A stretch of DNA of 64,000 bases. Origin: Takakia lepidozioides (Eukaryota > Plantae > Bryophyta). Location of the stretch: assembly GCA_030704615.1 (NCBI GenBank), contig CM060734.1, positions 24,738,001-24,802,000 of the forward strand. Direction: 5' to 3'. The translations under genes were made by a program, and so were the position numbers. Shown here in pieces: positions 1 through 12,821 of this stretch. How positions within the stretch are numbered: position 1 is the stretch's first letter; every line of letters begins with the position of its first letter. The notes under the pieces were generated by a model. It was given only the letters and a program-made list of their open reading frames with translations. It ran no database searches and was not told the DNA's origin.

Positions 1-507
1 CCATTCCAATGCCTTGTTTTGCCGTTGCCAGTATCGAGGGAAAATGCTGCCTTTTGAAGATCAGAGGAGTGATGCAAATGGCCTTGGGGTCCGACACAGG
101 TCGCAGCTGTGAGCATCCCCGTAGGACCAAGTTGGGAAAGGTGTGGAGGTTAGAGCAGATTTTTGCAATGATTGGATTGAGGGCAATTGTAGAACTATCC
201 TTAGCGGGGACAGGAGCTGACTGCTTTGGTGGAGGTGGAAGGGGGCGTTGCTCCGAGGGGCCGGCAGGCCTGACACTGTGCTGGTGAATCTGGGTTTCTT
301 TTGCATTGTTGCTGCCTGATGGAGGAGCTACCTCCATGATCATGCGGTCGAGCTTATCCTTACACCTTTTCCTGATAGGGAGGAAGACCTTTGCTGCAGA
401 CCTGAATCCCAATTGGCAGGCTTGGGTAGCCTAGAGGAGGATTGCATGCCTTCAATGACTTGGGGTCTTTCATAGAGAGAAACATCCGGTAGGTTGTCCA
501 GAGCCTG

Positions 508-1858
508 CTAAGGGGTAGCCGCCAAGTGAGTGGTAGATGTATCATGAGTAGTTGAGTTCCTTTTGCGTTTAGCCTTAGGACAATCAACTCTGAGGTGGCC
601 CCTCTGCCCGCAGATATAGCAGGCTGTGGCTGAGGTATCATCTGTAATCTTAACGGAAAAGTAATTGCCATCCTCATCAATTGGCAACTGCACAAACTCT
701 GGCAAGACTGTGTCCGCAAGCATTGTTACCACAATTTGACAACCAACATGTAGCCCAGTGGTAATGGGCACATACCATGTTGGATGTGGTTGTGGGTTCA
801 AACCACGGTCTGGTGTGTCATGAAGGTGTCCACCTTTCAGCTGGAAGGCAGTAGCCCTTGTGGTGAAGTGACACCATAAGTTACGCTCCCTTCGGGAGGC
901 GTCATACTTTTTTTTTTACCACAATTTTGGGAAAACCAGTGTCATTCACTTTGGAGGCTATCGTAGCGCCTTTCCATGCGGGGATTTTCCTTAGTGCCTT
1001 AGTGCACATCTCCGGGTCAAAAACTGATAGACATCCTAGATACACCCCAAAGTGGTTTCCAATATCTGGGAGACAGAAAAGGTACTGATCTGGAATGTAG
1101 GGGAGAGCAATTATTCTAGGGGCCCAAACCTTCCCGTTCCTGTTACCCAACGCTGCAGACCGTGGGAAAATATTAACATTGAATCCATGGAGGTGGGGAT
1201 TGAATGAGAGCACCTTTGTTGCAGCCACTTCCGACTCCAAAAGGATGGAGTAAAAACCTTCCCCCCTAGAATGGCAAAATTGTGGTTTAAGATCGCCAGA
1301 GCCTCCCAAATGCTTTATGGCCCAGTCCCTGGCAAATGCCCGATCCAATTTTTTCCCCGGGAAGTGCAGAAGGACTCCTCGGCCTGGAATGTCCGATACT
1401 AGCCCGTGGAGATAAGCGAGGTCTACCTTGATGCGCAGATGATCTTTGCTCATGGCGAGCTGAAGGTCGACTCCTTCATCAATATTCTCCCCTTGAGATT
1501 GGGAAGGACCCCTCACATTCAGATTTTGTGGAGGGCTGCCATGGGCATTGAAAGGACCCCTCACGTTCAAATTGTGCGGAGGGCTGCCATGAGCACTTCC
1601 TGAACCGCCATTTTCCGATAGCGGAGCAGTGCCTGCAGGCATGACAGAAGAGGGGAGCAACCTGCCGTTAATCCCCGGGTGAATTTGCGTGGATCCCTCT
1701 TCCATGTGACCAGGGAATCTTGTAAGTGCCTGGTGAGCCTGGAAGAATCCTGTCCCCAACGAAGGCTGAGATCTTTGAGTTGCCGGGATTCTGTTTTGAT
1801 CGCTATAGAGCCTGTTCCTAGACGCGCCTCTGAACTGCTTACCACTGAATGGACCCAT
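508..1858 (-). mobile_element. LINE ORF1-like remnant (RRM/DUF4283-like region plus zinc knuckle) split by a SINE insertion
   Basis: ORF 902-1858 ends ...GFPKIVV; ORF 508-801 continues IVVTMLADTVLPEF...CYICGQRGHLRVDCPK (CX2CX4HX4C). Removing the SINE and one TSD copy joins them in frame. Confidence 0.65.
738..915 (+). mobile_element. tRNA-type SINE, copy 1, poly(T) tail
   Basis: A-box-like TAGCCCAGTGG and B-box-like GGTTCAAACC; 12-bp TSD TTACCACAATTT at 726-737 and 916-927; homologous copy at 33767-33942. Confidence 0.85.
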
Positions 1859-2439
1859 AATTGAAGAGAGGAGTTGGCGGTTGAGAAGGTGAGGAGGGCT
1901 GGAAGGGCGGGGGAAGGAGAGAGAACTAAAGGGTGCAGTCTAAGAAGAAGTCCAAGACGAAGTCGGGGAGAGAGAATCAAACTTGAGAAAACAGAATCAA
2001 AGAGGGAGACGATAAGCACAACGAAGAAGCAGTCGGCAGTGAGCTTAGGGGGAGATGAGTGGGGGAAGTCGATAGAGTGTGCGAGGTGGTGGGAAACCTG
2101 CGAGTACAACTGCATGGCGGCTGAGAGTAAATGGGGGTGATAATTGATCAGCCCTTGAATAGAATCCTCAGAGGTGGTCGGGGAGGGAGGAAGGCTAAAT
2201 ATTCATCATGCCATCGTTATCAGGAAATCTCGTTTAAGCCAAATAGGAAGCGAGGAGGTGGGGGTGAAGTTGACCTCAGCTCATGCGGGGTGAAGTTGTG
2301 ATGATGGTACATGAACCAAACGCACCAAAGGTAAGGGATGAAGCCACCTTGGGCTTTAGGATTTCAGCCGAGAGACCATAGAACCACCGGGGATGGTTTA
2401 CTCGGAATGGGCAATCGAGGAGGGTATCAATGTACTAGA

Positions 2440-2550
2440 GAACGCGCCCCCTAGGGCGCATTATGGCTCCTAGTGAGTCACTAGGGCGAGGCCGGTAGGC
2501 CGAGACCTAGGACGAACTAGGTGCCATAATGCGCCCTAGGGGGTGCGTTC
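2440..2550. repeat. Foldback/cruciform element
   Basis: 35-bp inverted arms 2440-2474 and 2516-2550 (33/35 complementary) around an inner GGCC-GGTA-GGCC hairpin. Confidence 0.85.
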
Positions 2551-2555
2551 CCTGG

Positions 2556-2754
2556 CGTAAAGGAATTTTGGGGGCAGATTCTTCGAGGCCCTGATTGGCT
2601 GCAGGCCATAATGAGCCATTAAAAGTCAAACTGCCGATTATGGCAGTCAAACTGCCGATTAGGAATGCAGAATGCGCCAGCGCCGTGGAGCATCGATCTT
2701 CTGCATTTTAATTTGCCTCAAAAAAGGCAGAATCTGCCCCCAAAATCCTTTACG
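2556..2754. mobile_element. MITE-like element
   Basis: Terminal inverted repeats CGTAAAGGA(A)TTTTGGGGGCAGATTCT / AGAATCTGCCCCCAAAATCCTTTACG; internal tandem AGTCAAACTGCCGATTA x2. Confidence 0.7.
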
Positions 2755-3395
2755 GAAAGGAAAAGAGCAGCCGAGCTCGCATAGGGAAAGAATAGATGCA
2801 TAGTGGAATCGCAGAGAACACCAGACCTCAGAAGTGAGAAGGGCAAGGGGCCGTTGAACGTCTCTCTCACTCTCTCTCTCTCACCGCAAACCACGGAGCT
2901 ACATCGTGCTCCTCGTCCTGAGGTTTTAATTAACAATACAATGAGGTTTAATTAAAATAACACACTCAGATGTTCATTACTTATAGAATAGCCTCTTTTC
3001 AGGTATGCAAGATCCAATTGCTCACGAAATAGCAGCCCCCCCAGGATAACTTATTGGACCTGTGTTGTTAGGAGGTGAACACTTGGACACCTCCCAACCG
3101 AAACCGTTCATGTGGCTGTGGCGCACTTCTTCACCTGGAGGTTTTGAAAGCCTCTAGTACCAATTGGGTGCTGAACTCTCTCATGAATGCAGTCAATTCA
3201 GGTGAGGCAAAGGTCAAGTCCAAGGAACAATGGGAACTGGGAACTAGGTGTAGGCATAGTACCTTTAGCTATCTGTGGGAAGCTCTTGTAACACAAATTT
3301 ATTAGATAAACTAGGAGGAGCTGACGATCATGTCCACAGCACCACAAGCCCTTTTCATGAGTTACTTGGGCTGCAGCCCAACATTTGATGTTTGC

Positions 3396-5115
3396 TTAAT
3401 AATAGTAGTATCGAGTGTAATCTGGGCCAAGGACAAATGTAATAGGATATGGATCCTCCTTGGGCTCTTCCTTTTTGGGCTCTTCCTTTTTTTCTTCCGC
3501 TTTGGTTTCTTCCTTCTTAGGCTCTTCTGCCTTTTTCTCTTCCACCTTAGGCTCCTCTTTCTTCTCATCTGCCTTGGGCTCCTCCTTCCTAGCCTCTTCG
3601 GCCTTGGGCTCCTACCACAATTGCATTTTTCCCAGACTTAATACCAGGATGGTGTGAAATCTCCATCAGTAGGGAATTGCACGCAAATCTTAAAACTATC
3701 TATTTGGGTTTGAAGAAGACCTCATGGTAGACTGTCAGTGCCAGGGTCCATGGGCACTCCCAATCGCCTCCCCATCAACCACCCCCATGTTTAAAGCAAC
3801 CCCACTGGTCTAAAGGGGATATTCTCTAAGGGGTGCCCCCACTGAATCGCCCTTTACGGGACCGCAGAAAACACGTCCCTTCACCAAGGGGCAAGGAGGG
3901 CTGATTAGAAGGGTGGCACATTTTCAGGAGGGGCGATTATAAGGGTCTCCATGGAACCACCCCCTCGTGTTTTGGAGGGCAATTCCTTCTTGGGGGCAGT
4001 TGCTTGGGGGGCCAATTGGGAGTGCCCCATGAAACCTGGCCTTAGATCAACTACCTAGTGAAATAGGACATACAACACATCTAATTTATCGTTGACATTT
4101 ATCTCACCTCCTTTTTGGGCTCATCCTTTTTTTCTTCCGCCTTTGGTTCTTCCTTTTTCTCCTCCTTTGGTGCTTCTTTCTTTTCCTCTGCCTTGGGGGC
4201 TTCTTCCTTCTTCTCTTCCCCCTTCTTGGGCTCTTCCTTCTTTTCCTCCTTCTTGAGTTCTTCCTTCTTGGGCTCTTCTGGCCAGAGGGTTGTTAGCTTC
4301 CCTGTCTTGGATACCCTGCTGAGCACGTCGTCGGGCTTGACATCCCCACTTACTGTGACTTTCTGTGCTGGAAAGTCGATTTTGTAGGACACCACCCCTG
4401 CAAGACCCATACAGAAAATAATGAGGGTGAGGAGTTGAGGCACCTTGTAGTGGCCAGAATGCACTTATGAAGCTCATACGAAGCCAATTTGACAAAGCAA
4501 TGTGGCCATCTGTGTGACCTCACGCCTATCCAGAGTGGACATCATCCCCAGATACATTATGCTCAGTGCAACGCGTTTAATTCAAAGCTGTTTAGCTTCA
4601 AATGTGCAGGTTGTATGCTCCTCTGCCAGAAATAATAAAAACTCTGTAGGAAGACATTATCACTCATGCAACTTCAAGCCTTGAACTCATCGAATGCTCT
4701 TCCTGAATGTTGCTGATCCTGGCACGTGAGCATGAGTTCACTTAGTCTAGTTACTGATGTCACGAAGGTCAGCTCGCCAATCGCCATAACTTTCTGAAAT
4801 CTTCACCAATCAGCCTCGGGCAGGTGCCACTTGCAAGCTCTTGTCGGGAGCTACCCTTTGCTGCAGGTCAACCAGATAAAAGTCCAGCAAAATACATGAG
4901 GTTGAAAAAAAACGTATCGACCCGATTCGGGTCGGTCAGGCCTTTAGGGGTTAAGAGAGCGATGATGCTTCACCTACTTCATACAAATTGGTTGCTTTAT
5001 TTGAAAATAATATACAAGCTGTGGCAATAAGAAGACTACCGGGTATTCTCTTCACTACTCTCTTCACAGAGCCCGCACAACCTTCACAGTGCATGACCAC
5101 CTTCAAAACCACCGT
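3396..5115 (-). CDS. Heavy-metal-associated (HMA) domain protein, HPP/ATX1-like, with EPKKEE-rich tail; short first exon not located
   Basis: Exons 5040-5115 (TVVLKVVMHCEGCAGSVKRVVKRIPG), 4108-4397 (VVSYKIDFPAQKVTVSGDVKPDDVLSRVSKTGK...EPKKE) and 3396-3611 (EPKAEE...EDPYPITFVLGPDYTRYYYY*); GT-AG introns in phase. Confidence 0.88.
3740..4040. mobile_element. MITE in the last intron of the HMA gene
   Basis: Imperfect ~30-bp TIRs GCCAGGGTCCATGGGCACTCCCAATCGCC / GGCCAATTGGGAGTGCCCCATGAAACCTGGC. Confidence 0.65.
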
Positions 5116-7974
5116 CTGCAAGAGAAGAAACAAAGAAGAAACGTTATAACGTCCACTGAACTGTCATCATGTTGCGAGAAGGCAGATTGTTCACAACATT
5201 GAGCTACTTTCACACTATTGGCTGAAAAATAGGATAAACTGAAATGGCTAACGTAAAGTGCTCTCAACTCTACTCAAGCCACAGGAGTTGCTGCAAATCT
5301 GGTTACATCTATTGTAATATCCTAGATGATCTAGTGTAGGCTCTCGAGAGTGGTAAAATCTCCAAGATCGTCTATTACATGTCATTCCTTACTTTTGAGT
5401 CTTCGAATACTGTTTTTGCGGTTCCATGAATTACAACGTTCAGGGTTGTGTGAAGATGTCCATGCTGCACGCAATATTGAATATGATGAAGGCCACTAAT
5501 ATCCAATCTCACAGTCTGATGCTAATTCTGAGATTGGACACAATTCTGTTCTCTCCTTGTTCCACAGTTGCGCCTCCTCCCGGTATACTCATGTATATGT
5601 AACCGCTCGCTGTTGATCCCAACAACTTCTCACGGATTTTGTGACACTCAACTTGATCCACAAGTTTCAGCATTTCAAGCACTACATGCAGTAGGGTAGG
5701 ACTGGGAGGCCAAATTGTCGCCACTGACGATAAGCGCAATAGAAAGTGAAGTGCCGTTGATAAACTTGTTATGTTACCGAGTCTGAAGTGAACGATGCAT
5801 GCGGATCTTAATCCGCAGCTGTAGCCACATATTGATTCCCGAGGAGAGGACCATCCGACAATTCGCTTGACATCTTGTTGCAAATTCACAAGCCAAAATG
5901 TTTTGATAGAGCTGCATTCACTACTCACGATATTGAGAAAACTGAATGATAGCACTTTAGAATTTCTGGAAGTTTTAGACAAAGGAGTGCTGAGTAAAGT
6001 TAGGCTGGACTTGCAGCAGATAATCATATCTTTCAGCCATAGAATTGGCTTTAGCCCTGCAGAACGATCCGCCCCTCACTAGCTCTTCCATAACTTCTTT
6101 GGACGGGCGTGCATTGGCAGGACTCAACCCCAAAAGCTTTTCAGTTTACTATTTGTAATTGTTCATTTGTCTTTCCTTCCGCGGAAGGGAGGTGTGTTGT
6201 GCTAATCACAACATACCTTTTGAAACTGATAAATCTCAGCCTGTGTCATATCTACAACTCAAGAATTGATTAAAGAATAATGCCTCGAAGTACTATAGCC
6301 ACAGTGACAGCACAGATCACATCCGTTTTGATACTACAAGAGGGAGGATCACAGCTCGTTAGTGCGAAAACATTGTACATGAGGAACAACAACTGATCCA
6401 TGGACCAACGATCGACGTTGAATACTACCCCTCGGCCTTGAAGTATCACAATGCCTGTGGTACTTCTATACATATATTATGAAATTAGTTACAATTGGTA
6501 CAATACAAATTTTGAAAGAGAAGAGGGTGAAGTGAAGGGAGGGGGTGACCTCAGGCATTGTGATGATAGGCCTGCTGCAATCAGGTGTTGTTGCACTGGA
6601 AAGGCGCCGCCCTTGATCTGTGTGTCGACGACTCCACCTCAATCCCACTATGCCACTGATGAGATGAGCACGGGAGAGAACTGCCACAGAAAGACATGAA
6701 CAATTTGAAACAAGGCCTTAAAAAACCAGCCCCTACAGCTCTACTTCTGGACCCGGTTCGCTATTGACCGATTCTGCCTGATAAGCTCTGCGCTGCTTAC
6801 TCCTTGCACAGCGAGATTTTCGACTACATGATCAGCTACCTTGCACAGCCACCGATGCTGCGTGTCGTCCTGGCATCTCCCCGGTCCCACGTCTGCCTGT
6901 CATGTCCGAGAGCAGCCTGGAGCTACATACTCATGCTCTCTCACACCCCCCCCCAGCCCCCAAATGGACGGCGGGTATTCCATAGGCGGGCCCACGCATC
7001 TGGCCCGGCCCGTCCCCTCTCCCTGTGCCTCGTCAGGAGGGACGCTCCGCAGAAGACCAGGTCGGGCCTGCGGGTCCCACCCGCGATGGATCTCTCCACC
7101 ACTCTGCTTCTTCTCTTCCCTTCGCCATTATTGCATCACGCAACCAACAAAGTGCGATAAGCAGAGATCGAACCCTGCTGCTCCCTTGGCCTTGTGATAT
7201 TTATACAATATCTTGTGGTTGAAGCAAACCTTCTTTTTCGGACGATAGTTTGCGGCCGCAACACAGACTCCGTTGATATAAAGTCCTCCCACAAATAATT
7301 TGTGACCGAAGGTGCGCTGGGCCCCTCAAGTTAGTTGCGGCCTAAATCTGCATAAGTATTTGTTGGCGGATGCTGATCGGAGCATCTTTGCAAGATTGGC
7401 CTTTTGATTTAACTCGCACGCCGAGAAATATTGTGGACGACTGGCACAACCATACGACTCCAATGTTACCGTAATCGGACATGGGGTCATACTATAGCTT
7501 CCACCCAACGTTTTACAGGGTTTGGCCATTCACTTGTCAAGAGAGTTTGCCATATTGCACCACGTGGCAAGTCTTCTTTGGCTATCGTAGCTTTGAGAAC
7601 GACATCTGGGGCTACAAACCCGAGGTATACTCCCCCATTCCGATTAGGTTCGATAATGGCCACCGTTACGAACATGGTTGTTATAAAGATTGTGCGACGA
7701 CGGACTCCAAAGTATAGGTGAGAAAGTGGGATAGGGGTGCAAAAAAAAATAAAAAAATGCTTCATTATCAATGCGCCTGGTGTGTAATCAGTCATTCAGA
7801 ACTCAGAACACAAATGGGGGCACCGAGAAATATTATTTCCTTATTGGGTTGTGGCACCATCCACTACAACAGCGACCAACCCAATCAGTAGAGGTTTTAC
7901 TAAGCTTAATATAAGTATTTTGTCAATTCCTAGATACCTTGAGGCCATCAAAGCTTGCTGGTCAATGATGCAGG

Positions 7975-9850
7975 GGGTAATCATCCTACTCTTTAAGAAG
8001 GGCGATATCACACGAACATAGCAAACTATAGACCAATCACACTGCTAAATGTGGCATACAAAATCATAGCCAAAGCGCTTGCAAGCCGTCTCCAACCTTT
8101 CCTACCTACCATCATCAGGCCTGGGTTCATAAAGGGGAGGTACATCTTGGATAATTTGCTTTTGGCTTAGGAAATACCTCACTATGCTAGAAGAACCAAT
8201 CAGGCCATCTCCCTCCTGCTATTAGACTTCGAAAAAGCATTCGATAGGGTGGAGTGGTCTTTCCTGTTGGGAGCCCTGCAGAAAATGGGGTTGCCCACAG
8301 GTGTCAATGGGTTAAAATTCTGCTGTTTATTGCTTCAAGCAGGGTGCTCATCAATGGTCATTTATCCAAACCTTTCTCTCTCCTTGGATATGTTCGCCAA
8401 GGATGTCCACTGTCACCCTTTCTGTTCCTTATCGCAGCGGACACTCTAGGTCACATGATGCAAGCAAACCAAGCCATCACATGCCTAAAAACCATTAACC
8501 ACATTACTCGGCAACCTACCCAGATAAGAGAATCCATGTTCGTCGACGACACATTTATGGCGCTCCAATCGAACCCTGCAAACCTTGACAGTGCTGTTCA
8601 CACTCTAGAGACCTTTTGCCAGGCCTCTGGCTTCAAGGTGTACTGGGGTAAGACCTGCGCCTTGCTAGTGGGAGACACTTCAAGATCCCAAATAGGTACC
8701 CAGCCCACATGGGGAGCTGACAAGGGATTAAGATGGCTTCAACCAGGCCAAACAACAACATTGTGGGGATACACGTTTGGCATTGACTTGGCAGACCAGC
8801 AGCGCTTTGGGCCTACGAGGTCAAAACTCAAATCAAAGCTTGCCCATTGGTGCTCCCATCACCTGTCCATCACAGGAAAGGCAATTATCACCAATCAGAT
8901 CTTAGAAGGGGGCCTTTGGTTCTTCTCTGCTTCGTGGAAACCTGCCTCGTCCCATATCAAGGAGGCCAGAAAACTGTTGAGAAACTTCATATGGGGGGCA
9001 AGCAACCACAATGAAAAGAAACGACCGCAAGTTTCATGGAAGCAAATTTGCCTCCCCAAGAAGAAAGGCGGGCTGGGAATCATAGACCATGACAGACAGA
9101 TAACTGCCTTGTTGGCAAAATGGATCCCCAGGTTCCTGGGTCCAGAGGGGGGTTGGTGGAATTTCTTAGTAGCAGACAACATTGCAATGGCTACCCCCCT
9201 TAAATCAGCAATCTGGAAACCTTTATTCCGCTGGATAATGAATGGCTTCAAGCACAAAAACACAGGCTCCACCCTCTGGAATGCCATCTGGCAGGCCTGG
9301 GCTCTCTTGCGCCCGTTCCTCGCCAAATCAGAACCTACATCCTTCTATGAAACTCTCAGACAGTCGCTTTTTCTTAACAATAATGTTGCCTCCCCATCCC
9401 AGAGACAGCAAGCAAAGAAATGGTCGGCCTGGGACGCTAAGGGCATCACAAAAATCGCTGATATTTGGAAACAGGGATGCTTCATATCCAAGCAAACCAT
9501 CTCAGACTTGGTGGGAAATGTTAGAGCCAATCATGGGTATGATGCTTTGATTCAAGCCATCCCTGCCCGATGGGCAGACATCCTCAGAGCTGGTCCCACA
9601 CAGCCGACCTCTAATTACTGGACATTAGTGATATTGTTCAACAAGCTAACCATCCTTCGTAGCTCACTCCACTGGCCAGGTCATGGAAGGGTTCTCCTTT
9701 CACATTGATCCTATCACATTAACCCTATCTATCCAGGACCAGTCCATTCAAACCTATCCCCAGTTCACACACACACCAGTCTCAATATGCTGCTGGTCAT
9801 CTCCTACAAAGGATAGGCCTCGACATAGGATATGCACATGGGAGACGCCA
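7975..9850 (+). mobile_element. L1-like LINE ORF2 (reverse transcriptase) fragment, decayed
   Basis: NYRPITLLNVAYKIIAKALASRL, LLLLDFEKAFDRVEW, VRQGCPLSPFLF, MFVDDT, VSWKQICLPKKKGGLGI; contains frameshifts and stops. Confidence 0.9.
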
Positions 9851-10515
9851 AAGTTGGATGCATAGGAGATTGCACTTGGACTTAGATGACATTGGACACT
9901 TGGGCCAACCGCACAGGAGCACCCTAGTTAGCTATTGAAATATCATAAATATCATAAGTTATGAGTTGGCGGTCCATTTCACTCAGATTCACCCAACATG
10001 TCATACCATCAATTTCATAGTTGTTTTTCCTACTGTTATTTACCAACCTACCTACGACCATTTCACAGGTTTCGTGCCATTCTAGTCAAACTTCAGTCAA
10101 CATTTTCACTGGTATTTTCTAAAATCATTCTACAATTTTAAGTTGTTGGACTTGGGCTTTTTTGATAGAAGAACTGAGAAGAATGGAGACTGCCCACAGA
10201 GCATACGACTGCCCATTGCTCACTCCGACTCATATCTGTGCTGGGCAAGAGACATGGGAGAGGTGGGGCAAGAGACATGCCTAGTCCAGCATCTTTCGGA
10301 CAATATTGTAGAGAGGTCGTGGGCTTCGTGCCTCCAGTGTGGGAGTATGGAGTGTCGAGCATCCATAAGTTGAATCTACAAGTAAATGAACCTGAGGAGC
10401 GAGGTCATTAATCCCAACTCCAGCATGCATTTATGGTTTCTAGCGAGGTTTGCATCCCTTAAAATCTCGTAAGCAGTGCATTGCGGTAGTGCATGTCTTG
10501 TTGCAGATTGCCTCC

Positions 10516-10920
10516 ACCGAGGCTTTTGAGATGTATTAGGATATGATATGGTAAGGGGTGATGCCTGTCAAGGTCACATTCATATGCGTTCTCAATGCAT
10601 GTGGCCTAAGAGCTCTGGAAAAGGGTAAACAGGTCCACACTGATATCATGAAAGCTGGAATTGAGCCAGACATTATTTTCGAGAATACCATTGTTGATAT
10701 GTATGCCAAGTGTGGGAGCTTAAAGGATGCACGTCAAGTGTTTGACAATATGGCTCAATGAACTGTGCCCTCATGGAATGCAATGATTGTAGGATATGCT
10801 CAGCCTGGGTGTGGTAGGGAGGCATTTGAAATCTACCAGCAAATGATACATGAAGCGGTGATACCAGACAAGGTGACATTCATTTGCCTTCTTAATGCAC
10901 GTGCAAGCTTGGCATCCATG
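10516..10920 (+). pseudogene. PLS-class PPR gene fragment
   Basis: VTFICVLNACG..ALEKGKQVH...NTIVDMYAKCGSLKDARQVFDNM, SWNAMIVGYAQ..GREAFEIYQQM; contains stops. Confidence 0.85.
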
Positions 10921-11494
10921 ATCTGGTTGCAACAAGTGTTCACATCCAGTCGATGACTATGTACACATTTCTGCCTGGCGCCATCTTAGAGGTAAATTGC
11001 AGGCCTAGAGCTATGCTTTGACAGCTCTTGATGAGATCTACCTTGGTGCACTTATGGCCAGTGGATTGGATATGGGGGGAGATTAAGAAGCAGCTAAGGG
11101 TGGCAGGGCCAATGACCTTTGTAAGTTTGCAGCTTCAAGGTTGATTCAATTCTGCAAGTATGTTTGTGGGGTACTTGGGTGAGCTTGAACTTGCCAGCTC
11201 CTCCCTTGGTGAAGTTCTTGCAAACGCAGAGTGTAGTGTTGCCCATGACCTTGAGGTATTCAGTTTCACATTGGCCCCCCTGCTGATATTCAAGTTGGGG
11301 GTGGGATTTTTGTTGGGCAGCCATTGCCAGTGGCCTTTCCAATTGGTTATATGTGTTACTGCTGGATAAATCTATGGGAAATTATCACCCAACGACACCA
11401 CATTTCGTTCAGCCATACTGCACAACTTGAAGATCAGCAGCCAACAGAGGGGGATATGAAGGGCCAATGTGGCCATCAACATCAAGGTCATGGG

Positions 11495-11575
11495 GGATGA
11501 CAGAGGGGATGGCCAGCTTGAAGAAAGCCCCAAGGCCATTAAATGCCTCCATTGAGAAAGATGTCCAAATCTGCA
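11495..11575 (-). pseudogene. MATE/DTX transporter gene fragment
   Basis: WTSFSMEAFNGLGAFFKLAIPS resembles the MATE WxGFSxEAF..F.KLAIPS motif; isolated fragment. Confidence 0.6.
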
Positions 11576-11579
11576 TATG

Positions 11580-12035
11580 ATACATCCTCAGCTTTGACGA
11601 TGCCACTGTGGACCTCTTCCCCATTTTCCAGGGCTGTCAAGCTTGCACATGTGCTCAGAGGTCTCCAAAGCCTCAGATGTAATTTTGAAAGCTGCCATGT
11701 GGATATGTATGTCAAATGTGGGTGTATGAAGGATGCAAAGGGAGGGGGCTGTATGCAATGTGGTGTCATGGAGCATAGTGATACAGGACCTGCAAAGCAA
11801 AGGCGTGGGATGAGGCTTTGGAGACTTGTCAGCAAATGATGCGGGAAAGGGTGGAGCCCAGGCCAGTCACATTTGTGTGTGTTTGCAATGCGTGTGCAAT
11901 CTTGGCAGCCCTGGAAAATGGGGAAGAGGTCCATGGTGGCATCATCAAAACTGGGAGTGTATCAGATGTCAATCTGACCAGTGCCATGGTGGACATGTAT
12001 GCCAAATGCGGGTGCGTGGAGGATGCATTAAAGGG
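11580..12035. pseudogene. PPR fragments in both orientations
   Basis: Minus strand: CASLTALENGEEVHSGIVK (11589-11650). Plus strand: VDMYVKCG and VTFVCVCNACAILAALENGEEVHGGIIKTG...AMVDMYAKCGCVEDA. Confidence 0.8.
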
Positions 12036-12429
12036 GGTGTTGGGCAGTATGGCTGAACAAATGCTATGGACAAATTGCTCTCTCTCTCTTTGAAGACAAA
12101 CCTCACCAGAAGCACCTGGAGGCAGCTCCCCTAATCTCTAGAAGGTGGGTGGTTTGTAGATCTCTCTTTGGAGGCACAAAAAAAATGACATATTTCATAG
12201 TGTCCAAGCAGAGGAGCTGGGTTGTAATGAGCGTGTTATGATGATACTGTTCGTGGTTTGTTGCAGGGGGAAGAGCTAGACAGGGACTCCATATCTGAAA
12301 ACAACAACGGAAGGCTGTGGCTCTGATCATTGTTGTCATCGGTTGATTTTGCATTGCATCCATTGCATTCATGTGCTCGAGCATTTTGCATCCATTGCAT
12401 CCATACCTGCATGCAAAGGGGGGGCAAGT

Positions 12430-12760
12430 GTTCTGGAAACCACTCTCATGATATAGTCTCTTTCCATATCATTTTTGAAGTTAGTTTGAACAAAATCCAA
12501 TGCATTGTAGAGAGCCTGAGTTGCTGCCACGTGCACATCATTGATGGTTTCAGAGGCATCCAACGAGTTTTTAAGAATCAAGCCGGCAAGTTTCCGACTC
12601 TCCGGAAGTTTTTCATTGTTGGATAACTCATGGGAAAAATGATGAGAAAAGCAGCCAAGTTCTGCTGTTGAAATTGCTTAGATTATCCTCTGCCACCTTC
12701 CGTAACTTGCCATTGGCGGACTGCGCATTCAACAGAATCTGAGTCACCTCCAGCGCCAGC
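12430..12760 (-). pseudogene. Importin-beta (KPNB1-like) N-terminal fragments
   Basis: LALEVTQILLNAQSANGKLRKVAEDNL and NDVHVAATQALYNALDFVQTNFKNDMERDYIMRVV match plant importin-beta HEAT segments, with an internal deletion. Confidence 0.8.
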
Positions 12761-12821
12761 CTGGAAAGAGAGTCATCTCCAATAAGAGAGTCAATGGCCA
12801 TAAGGGGTACTTTTCCAGCCC

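Noticed and set aside
738-810. tRNA gene
   Set aside because: A/B boxes are present but there is no convincing cloverleaf; the TSD, tail and second copy indicate a SINE.
3330-4495. Phe/Ser/Leu-rich or Arg-rich ORFs overlapping the HMA gene
   Set aside because: They are antisense and alternative-frame shadows of the EPKKEE repeats.
6804-7795. GC-rich island and short ORFs as a gene
   Set aside because: No recognisable motif or consistent exon chain; cannot be supported without searches.
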